In this document: positions 16,063 to 21,888 of the stretch, piece by piece
Numbering within the stretch: position 1 is the first letter of the stretch
Layout of the letters: the number at the start of each line of letters is the position of its first letter
Source: an uncultured Nitrososphaerales archaeon
GTDB taxonomy: Archaea > Thermoproteota > Nitrososphaeria > Conexivisphaerales > Conexivisphaeraceae
Reading direction: 5' to 3'
Assembly: GCA_964342765.1 (NCBI GenBank)
Contig: CAYFFS010000021.1
Span: 1-21,888, forward strand
Length of the DNA: 21,888 nt
The notes under the pieces: model-generated
What the model was told of the DNA's origin: nothing
The model's database searches: none
Seen by the model: the letters and a program-made list of their open reading frames with translations, nothing else
Program-made: the position numbers and the translations under genes

Positions 16063-16473
16063 GTGGTCTCCCAGAGGTCCGCGATGGTCTTCGAGGGCTC
16101 CAGGAAGAGGGCGCGCGCACGCGCAATAATAAGGCCGGGCCAGGGCATAGTGAGGATCAACGGCTTCCTCCTCGAGGCCCTGCCCAACTACGTCCAGCGC
16201 GAGGTGATAAGCATACCGCTGAGGCTGGCGGGCGACCTGAGGTACAAGGTGGACCTGGACGTGGAGGTCAAGGGCGGCGGTGTCATGGGGCAGGCCTACG
16301 CGGCCGCCATGGCCATCGCGAGGGCGCTCGTCGGCTTCACGAGGTCCGTGGAGCTGAAGAAGAGGATAGCCCAGTACGACAGGCACCTCCTGGTCGGGGA
16401 TCCGAGGAGGACCGAGCCGAAGAAGTTCGGCGGCCCCGGCCCCAGGCGCAGGTACCAGAAGTCGTTCAGGTGA
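16063..16473 (+). CDS. rps9: Small ribosomal subunit protein uS9
   Basis: GSRKRARARAIIRPGQGIVRINGFLLEAL..., C-terminal DRHLLVGDPRRTEPKKFGGPGPRRRYQKSFR. Confidence 0.96.
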   Translation: MVSQRSAMVFEGSRKRARARAIIRPGQGIVRINGFLLEALPNYVQREVISIPLRLAGDLRYKVDLDVEVKGGGVMGQAYAAAMAIARALVGFTRSVELKKRIAQYDRHLLVGDPRRTEPKKFGGPGPRRRYQKSFR

Positions 16474-16487
16474 CTTCGCCAAGCGCT

Positions 16488-16496
16488 TAAATATAG
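16488..16496 (+). promoter_or_regulatory. TATA box TTAAATATA upstream of rpo10
   Basis: Located 20-28 nt upstream of GTG 16516. Confidence 0.6.
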
Positions 16497-16515
16497 CCCG
16501 GCCCCGGGACGGGGC

Positions 16516-16731
16516 GTGCTGGTGCCCGTCAGGTGCTTCACGTGCGGCGCCCTCCTGGCGGACAAGTACGAGGAGTTCTCCAGGAGGGTGGCCGCGGGGG
16601 AGGACCCCGGGAAGGTCCTGGACGACCTGGGGGTCAAGAGGTACTGCTGCAGGCGCACCCTCCTGAGCGCGGTAGAGCCGGTCGACATGGTCCTCGAGTA
16701 CTACTCCGCGAGGGAGAAGTTCAGGTCCTGA
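16516..16731 (+). CDS. rpo10: DNA-directed RNA polymerase subunit Rpo10 (RpoN)
   Basis: 71 aa: [19 protein letters not shown]...[28 protein letters not shown]; zinc-binding CxxC and CC. Confidence 0.95.
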   Translation: MLVPVRCFTCGALLADKYEEFSRRVAAGEDPGKVLDDLGVKRYCCRRTLLSAVEPVDMVLEYYSAREKFRS

Positions 16732-16739
16732 GCGGAACC

Positions 16740-16748
16740 GATATATAG
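16740..16748 (+). promoter_or_regulatory. TATA box GATATATAG upstream of enolase
   Basis: Located 22-30 nt upstream of TTG 16770. Confidence 0.65.
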
Positions 16749-16769
16749 CGCGGGCGGCGCTCGGGCGCG

Positions 16770-18023
16770 TTGGCCGTCCCGATAAGGGAGGTCAGGCTGA
16801 GGCCCGCCTTCACAGGAAGGGGGGACGAGACGGTAGAGGCCGAGGTCATCGCGGGGAGGTCGAGGGGGCGCGCGGCCGCCCCGGCCGGCGCCAGCGCCGG
16901 AAAGCACGAGGTGCGCCACCTGCCCGTCGGAGGGGCGGCCGAGGCCATAAGGGCGTTCGACCCCTCCCGCCTCATTGGCGTGGACGCGTCCGATCCGTAC
17001 GCGGTCAGGGACGCCCTGAGGTCCCTCGACGGCACGGGCGACTACTCCAGGATAGGCGGAGCCACCGCGTATGCGGTTAGCCTGGCGGCGCTCGAGGCCG
17101 CCTCCCTCGAGCTTGGGAGGCCCATGTACGAGCTCATAGGGCTGTACGAGGAGCCCAGGATACCCCTGCCCCTCGGGAACGTCCTGGGCGGGGGAAGGCA
17201 TGCGGGCGGGGGCGCCCCGGACGTCCAGGAGTTCCTAGTCTTCCCCATGAACCCCAGGGGGGCGCTCGAGGCCATCAGGGCGAACCTGCTGGTGCACTCG
17301 CTGGTCAGGAGGGGGATAGAGAGGAGGGATCCCTCCTTCCCGGCCGGCAAGGGGGACGAGGGCGCCTGGGCGCCCAGGATGGGCACCCTTGAGGCGCTGG
17401 AGGTCGTTAGCGAGGCGGCGGCCGCCGCCTCCGACGAGCTGGGCATAAAGATCGGCCTTGGGCTCGACGTCGCAGCCTCCACGCTCTGGGATCCCTCGAG
17501 GCGCGCCTACGTGTACTCGAGGGAGGGCAGGACCCTGGACGCGGAGTCCCAGGCCTCGTTCCTGGAGGAGCTCGCCGACAGGTTCGGCATAAGGTACCTT
17601 GAGGATCCATTGCACGAGGATGACTTCGACGGGTTCGCGGAGATGACGAGGTGGGCTAGGGCCAGGGGGGTGCTCGTGGTGGGGGACGACCTGCTCGTGA
17701 CGAACGCCTCCAGGCTCGAGAGGGCCGCGAGGTCTGGGGCGGCCTCGGGCGCCATACTCAAGGTGAACCAGGCCGGCAGCCTCGGGGACGCGCTCGAGTT
17801 CGCCAGGGCCTGCAGGTCGCACGGGTACTCGATAATAGCGTCGCACAGGTCGGGGGACACGTGGGACTCCCACCTCGCGCACGTGGCCGTGGGGACGGGG
17901 GCGCTCATGATGAAGTCAGGGGTCGTCGGCGGGGAGAGGATGTCGAAGCTAATGGAGATCCTGAGGATAGCCGAGGCGCGCCCCGGGATGCGCCCCGCCC
18001 CCTTCGGGGCGCCAAACCCTTAA
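16770..18023 (+). CDS. eno: Enolase (phosphopyruvate hydratase), divergent
   Basis: GDEG..AP, LGLDVAAS, YLEDPLHEDD, VVGDDLLVTN, ILKVNQAGSLGDAL, IIASHRSGDT motifs. The loop reads GASAG instead of GASTG. Confidence 0.9.
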   Translation: MAVPIREVRLRPAFTGRGDETVEAEVIAGRSRGRAAAPAGASAGKHEVRHLPVGGAAEAIRAFDPSRLIGVDASDPYAVRDALRSLDGTGDYSRIGGATAYAVSLAALEAASLELGRPMYELIGLYEEPRIPLPLGNVLGGGRHAGGGAPDVQEFLVFPMNPRGALEAIRANLLVHSLVRRGIERRDPSFPAGKGDEGAWAPRMGTLEALEVVSEAAAAASDELGIKIGLGLDVAASTLWDPSRRAYVYSREGRTLDAESQASFLEELADRFGIRYLEDPLHEDDFDGFAEMTRWARARGVLVVGDDLLVTNASRLERAARSGAASGAILKVNQAGSLGDALEFARACRSHGYSIIASHRSGDTWDSHLAHVAVGTGALMMKSGVVGGERMSKLMEILRIAEARPGMRPAPFGAPNP

Positions 18024-18027
18024 AAAG
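18018..18027 (+). promoter_or_regulatory. AT-rich box CCTTAAAAAG overlapping the enolase stop, possible promoter for uS2
   Basis: TAA stop 18021-18023 lies inside the box; about 43 nt upstream of the uS2 start. Confidence 0.4.
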
Positions 18028-18069
18028 GCGGCCGGCGCGGCTGAACGTAGGAAGGCGGGGTGCGTCGGG

Positions 18070-18732
18070 ATGTCCGAGCCGTCCGAGGGCAAGGAGGCGA
18101 AGGAGGGAAAGGGGGAGCAGGAGGATCAGCTGTCGGCCAAGGTCCTCGTGGCGACCGGGATAAGGATAGGGACGACGGTGAGGACGAAGTTCATGGAGCC
18201 CTTCATAGCCAGGATGAGGCCGGACGGCCTCTACATCCTTGACATGAACAAGATACTCTACCGCATAGACGTCGCCGGCCGCTTCCTCTCGCGCATAGAG
18301 CCCGGCAAGATACTCGTCTACTCCTCGAGGGAGTTCGCGAGGACCCCAATAGAGAAGTTCTGCGAGCTCGTGGGCTGCAAGGCGGTGACCGGCCGCTTCC
18401 TCCCGGGGATGTTGACGAACCCCCAGCTGCCGTACTACGTGGAGGCCGACGCCGTGCTCGTGGTGGACCCGCTCCTGGACTCCCAGGCTGTGGCGGAGGC
18501 CTCCAAGATGGGGATACCGGTCGTCGCGCTCTGCGACACGGACTGCGTCCCGAGCGACGTTGACCTGGCCATACCCGCGAACAACAGGGGGCGCAAGGCC
18601 CTGGCGGCTGTGTTCTGGCTCCTGGCCAGGAGCGTGCTCCTCCACTCCGGGGCATTATCCATGGATCAGCAGATGAAGTACACGATAGAGGACTTCGAGA
18701 CGAAGCTGGAGGAGCAGCCAGTTGAGGGTTAG
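18070..18732 (+). CDS. rps2: Small ribosomal subunit protein uS2
   Basis: VLVATGIRIGTTVRTKFMEPFIARMRPDGLYILDMNKI...FLPGMLTNPQLPYYVEADAVLVVDPLLDSQAVAEASKMGIPVVALCDTD. Confidence 0.95.
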   Translation: MSEPSEGKEAKEGKGEQEDQLSAKVLVATGIRIGTTVRTKFMEPFIARMRPDGLYILDMNKILYRIDVAGRFLSRIEPGKILVYSSREFARTPIEKFCELVGCKAVTGRFLPGMLTNPQLPYYVEADAVLVVDPLLDSQAVAEASKMGIPVVALCDTDCVPSDVDLAIPANNRGRKALAAVFWLLARSVLLHSGALSMDQQMKYTIEDFETKLEEQPVEG

Positions 18733-19567
18733 GAGGCCCGCCGTGGCGGGGTACTTCTACCCTGCGTCAACGGAGAGGCTCTCGAGGGTCCTCAGGGACC
18801 TGTTCCTCCACCCGCTCGGCCCGGGAAAGCTGCCGCCATCGCCTCCGGTCGAGGGCCTCATAGGGATAATCAGCCCCCACGCGGGCTACGAGTACTCGGG
18901 CCCCGTGGCCGCCCACGGGTACTACGTGGCATCCGGCACCTCCCCCGAGACCGTGGTGATCCTGGGGCCGAACCACCACGGCATAGGGAGCGGCGTCTCC
19001 GCCAGCGAGAGCGAGTCCTGGGAGACCCCGCTGGGCACCGTGGAGGTCGACATGGAGCTCTCCTCCAGGATAGTCAAGCTGTCCTCGATAGTGGACTTCG
19101 ACGACCTGGCCCACCTCAGGGAGCACTCGATAGAGGTCCAGGTCCCCTTCCTCCAGTTCTCGATGAGCCCGGGCTTCAGGATAGTGCCGATAAGCATGCT
19201 GATGCAGGACGAGCTCACGGCCGTCGAGGTTGGAGACGCAATAGCGAGGGCGGCGCGCGAGCTGGGCAGGAGGGTCCTCCTGGTGGCCTCCACGGACTTC
19301 ACGCACTACGAGCCCTACGAGGAGGCGTACGCAAGGGACGCGAAGGCGATAGAGGCGATAAGGAGCATGGACGTCTCCGAGTTCTACAGGGTCATCGAGA
19401 GGGAGCACGTCTCCATGTGCGGGTACGGCGCCGTCGCGGCCGTCCTGACGGCGGCGAAGTCCCTAGGTGCGACCCGCGTGGAGCTCCTCAAGTACGCGAC
19501 CAGCGGGGACACCTCCGGCGACAAGAGCGCCGTGGTCGGATACGGGTCCCTGGCGATCCTGGCCTAG
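18722..19567 (+). CDS. MEMO1-like protein (AmmeMemoRadiSam system protein B family)
   Basis: RRPAVAGYFYP, GIISPHAGYEYSGPVAAHGYY, VVILGPNHHG, VASTDFTHYEPYEEA; syntenic between uS2 and mevalonate kinase. Confidence 0.93.
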   Translation: MRVRRPAVAGYFYPASTERLSRVLRDLFLHPLGPGKLPPSPPVEGLIGIISPHAGYEYSGPVAAHGYYVASGTSPETVVILGPNHHGIGSGVSASESESWETPLGTVEVDMELSSRIVKLSSIVDFDDLAHLREHSIEVQVPFLQFSMSPGFRIVPISMLMQDELTAVEVGDAIARAARELGRRVLLVASTDFTHYEPYEEAYARDAKAIEAIRSMDVSEFYRVIEREHVSMCGYGAVAAVLTAAKSLGATRVELLKYATSGDTSGDKSAVVGYGSLAILA

Positions 19568-19572
19568 CGCTT

Positions 19573-19585
19573 GGCTTTAAAAGCC
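19573..19585 (+). promoter_or_regulatory. Promoter of mevalonate kinase; near-palindromic TATA region GGCTTTAAAAGCC
   Basis: Arms GGCTTT/AAAGCC around the TATA core, 20-32 nt upstream of GTG 19605. Confidence 0.55.
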
Positions 19586-19604
19586 GGCCCCCGGCTCTCC
19601 CTCC

Positions 19605-20519
19605 GTGCGCGCCGCGTCGAGGGCCCCCGCTAAGGTGATAATCGCGGGGGAGCACTTCGTCGTCCACGGAGGGCTCGCGCTCGCGGTCTCCGTGGACCTC
19701 TGGGCCTCGACGAGCGCCGAGCCGGCCCCGAGGCCCTCGATAGAGTCCGTGGACCCGCCGGGGCGCTGCGGGGACGACGGCTGCGATCCCTTCCTGGCGC
19801 CCCTCCGCGCGATGCTCGACGAGATAGTGGCCGATCACCCGGGGGCCTCCGGGAGGTACGTGCTGAGGAGCGAGATACCTCAGGCCCGGGGGCTCGGATC
19901 GTCGGCCGCGGTCGCGGTCTCGCTAGCGGCCGCCGCCCTGGCACTGGCGGAGGGCGAGGCCCCCAGGGAGGAGGTCTACAGGTACGCGATGATATCCGAG
20001 AGGATCATACACGGGAACCCATCCGGCGTCGATCCGGCGGCTTCCACATACGGAGGGGCCATCCTTTACTCCAAGGGCAAGGGGATGCGCCGCCTCTCGA
20101 TAAGGGAGGGCGAGCTGATGGTATGCTGCGCCCCCGCCGCGAGGAGCACCGCCGCGATGGTCGAGCGCGTGGAGGAGTTCAGGAGGTCGAGGGGGGAGCT
20201 CTTCGAGGCCCTCCTGGCCTCCTCGAGCGCGCTCGTCGAGGCCGCCGCCTCCGCCCTGGAGTCCGGGGATCGGTCGGCCCTCGCCCCCATAATGAGGTGG
20301 CACCAGGGGGCGCTCAGGCTCCTCGGCGTCTCCACCCCGGAGCTCGAGTCGTTCGTCGAGGCCATGGAGTCGGCGGGCGCCGCGGCTAAGCTGACGGGTG
20401 CCGGGGGAGGCGGCTGCGTCGTGGGGCTGCCGCCCGTGGAGGGCGTCCGCTGCGGGGGGGCCCCGGCCGCGCGCCTGCGCTACCCGACGGGGGGAGTGGA
20501 GTCTTGGAGGCTGAGCTGA
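19605..20519 (+). CDS. mvk: Mevalonate kinase (GHMP family)
   Basis: APAKVIIAGEHFVVHGGLALAVSVDL, IPQARGLGSSAAVAVSLAAA, HGNPSGVDPAASTYGG, AKLTGAGGGGCVVG. Confidence 0.94.
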   Translation: MRAASRAPAKVIIAGEHFVVHGGLALAVSVDLWASTSAEPAPRPSIESVDPPGRCGDDGCDPFLAPLRAMLDEIVADHPGASGRYVLRSEIPQARGLGSSAAVAVSLAAAALALAEGEAPREEVYRYAMISERIIHGNPSGVDPAASTYGGAILYSKGKGMRRLSIREGELMVCCAPAARSTAAMVERVEEFRRSRGELFEALLASSSALVEAAASALESGDRSALAPIMRWHQGALRLLGVSTPELESFVEAMESAGAAAKLTGAGGGGCVVGLPPVEGVRCGGAPAARLRYPTGGVESWRLS

Positions 20520-21259
20520 TAGTCAAGGTAGGGGGATCCCTGATAACCAGGAAGTCGGAGCCCATGAGGGCGGACGTCGAGGCCATGTCCCTCGTGGCCC
20601 GCGCCCTCTCGGGGGCCAGGGGCATGATCCTCGTGCACGGAGGGGGCTCCTTCGGGCACCCCCTCGCGGTCGCGGGCGGCCTCAGCTCGAGGGCCATCTC
20701 CCGCGACGCGGCGGCGGCCTCGGCCACCAGGATGGCGATGCACGAGCTCTCGCTCATCTTCATGAGGGAGCTGGCCCTCGCCGGGCTCCGCCCGTTCCTA
20801 TTCCACCCGAGCCAGCCGGACTCCCCCGCGTTCTGGGACTGGGCGGCCTCCCTATCGCTCTCCCTCCTCGAGGCTGGCGCGACCCCCGTGACCCATGGGG
20901 ACGTGGGGGTGACGGGCGGGGGGTTCCGCGTCGTGGGCGGCGACGAGATCTGCCTCAGGCTGGCCGAGCGCCTGAGGCCCCGCCGCGTCGTCTTCCTGAT
21001 GGACGTCCCGGGGGTCCTCAGGGATCCAAGGGATCCCTCGAGCGTCATAGAGGAGCTGGACTCCGAGTCAGCCAGGGAGCTCGCGGGGAGGCTATCGGGC
21101 GGCGACGCGACGGGCGGGATATCGGCCAAGCTGTCATTCGCCGCGTCGATAGCGGACCTCGGGATCGAGGTCTACATCCTGTCCGGCCGCTCCCCCGAGG
21201 ATATCTTAAAAGCGACCGGGGGCGGTAGGCCCAGGGGGACGCTGGTGAGGGGCTCTTGA
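20504..21259 (+). CDS. ipk: Isopentenyl phosphate kinase (amino acid kinase family)
   Basis: LIVKVGGSLITRKS, VHGGGSFGHPLA, VTHGDVGV, MDVPGV, GGDATGGISAKL; overlaps mvk and precedes IDI-2. Confidence 0.92.
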   Translation: MEAELIVKVGGSLITRKSEPMRADVEAMSLVARALSGARGMILVHGGGSFGHPLAVAGGLSSRAISRDAAAASATRMAMHELSLIFMRELALAGLRPFLFHPSQPDSPAFWDWAASLSLSLLEAGATPVTHGDVGVTGGGFRVVGGDEICLRLAERLRPRRVVFLMDVPGVLRDPRDPSSVIEELDSESARELAGRLSGGDATGGISAKLSFAASIADLGIEVYILSGRSPEDILKATGGGRPRGTLVRGS

Positions 21260-21888
21260 GCGCGGAGGTCACGAGGAGGAAGGACGAGCACCTCGACATC
21301 GCGATCTCGGAGCGCGTCGAGATGTCGCGCACAACGTGGCTCGAGCACGTGCACCTGGTTCACAGGGCCATACCCGGCATGGACCTCGGCGACGTGGACA
21401 CGTCGATAGAGGTCTTCGGGAAGAGGCTCAGGCTCCCCATATTGATAGACAGCATGACGGGCGGATCCGAGAGGGGCGCCAAGATAAACGAGGATATAGC
21501 GTCCGTGGCCGCGGAGCTCGGAATAGGGATGGGGGTGGGCAGCCAGCGCGCCGCCCTCATAGACGGGCGCCTCAGGTCCACGTTCAGCGTCGTCCGCGAC
21601 GTCGCGCCCGACATATTCGTGTACGCTAACCTGGGCGCGCAGCAGCTGGCCGAGGTGGGTGTGGAGGGGGCTAGGGCGTGCGTCGACATGGTCAGGGCCG
21701 ACGCCCTCGCTATACACCTGAACCCGCTCCAGGAGGCGGTGCAGCCCGAGGGGGATCCCAAGTACCGCGGGGTCCTCGAGATGATAGCGGAGGTCGTGGA
21801 GAAGGTCGGGGTGCCGGTCATAGTGAAGGAGGTTGGCTCGGGGCTTTCGAGGGAGGTCGCAGCCCTCCTCAACTCGGTCGGGGTCAAG
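21256..21888 (+). CDS. fni: Isopentenyl-diphosphate delta-isomerase type 2 (FMN-dependent), truncated by window end
   Basis: Open frame from TTG 21256 overlapping the ipk stop: LSAEVTRRKDEHLDIAISERVEMSRTTWLEHVHLVHRAIPGMDLGDVDTSIEVFGKRLRLPILIDSMTGGSERGAKINEDIASVAAELGIGMGVGSQRAAL...YANLGAQQL...ALAIHLNPLQEAVQPEGD...VPVIVKEVGSGLS. Not in the ORF track because it has no stop. Confidence 0.92.
   Translation, partial: MSAEVTRRKDEHLDIAISERVEMSRTTWLEHVHLVHRAIPGMDLGDVDTSIEVFGKRLRLPILIDSMTGGSERGAKINEDIASVAAELGIGMGVGSQRAALIDGRLRSTFSVVRDVAPDIFVYANLGAQQLAEVGVEGARACVDMVRADALAIHLNPLQEAVQPEGDPKYRGVLEMIAEVVEKVGVPVIVKEVGSGLSREVAALLNSVGVK

Overview
This is a GC-rich archaeal chromosomal window, mostly housekeeping genes, dense and largely co-directional on the + strand. 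My assignment to a thermophilic Thaumarchaeota/Thermoproteota-like lineage is an inference from gene order and promoter style. Left to right: (i) the start of a minus-strand gene cut by the window edge, with a TnpB-like N-terminus; (ii) a thioredoxin-like gene and an unknown ORF; (iii) uL15, SecY, adenylate kinase, DUF106/EMC3-like, cytidylate kinase and Cbf5; (iv) a type II tRNA-Ser that appears to carry a 16-nt anticodon-loop intron; (v) a sugar-phosphate nucleotidyltransferase, a DedA-like protein, a zinc-type ferredoxin and aconitase-X (AcnX); (vi) GlmS on the minus strand; (vii) a winged-helix protein with an S-layer-like C-terminus; (viii) the block uS13-uS4-uS11-Rpo3-eL18-uL13-uS9-Rpo10-enolase-uS2-MEMO1-mevalonate kinase-isopentenyl phosphate kinase-IPP isomerase type 2 (cut by the window end). 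I see no CRISPR array, defence island or clearly undescribed multi-gene system. The points most worth a second look are the tRNA-Ser intron with splice-dependent anticodon (GGA or CGA), the Rpo3 frame that has no stop at the eL18 junction (likely 1-nt indel or real overlap/frameshift), several perfect inverted repeats placed on promoters (AcnX 10 bp, GlmS 8 bp, 6.4-kb gene 8 bp), the TnpB-like fragment at the left edge, and the set of alternative archaeal mevalonate pathway genes.
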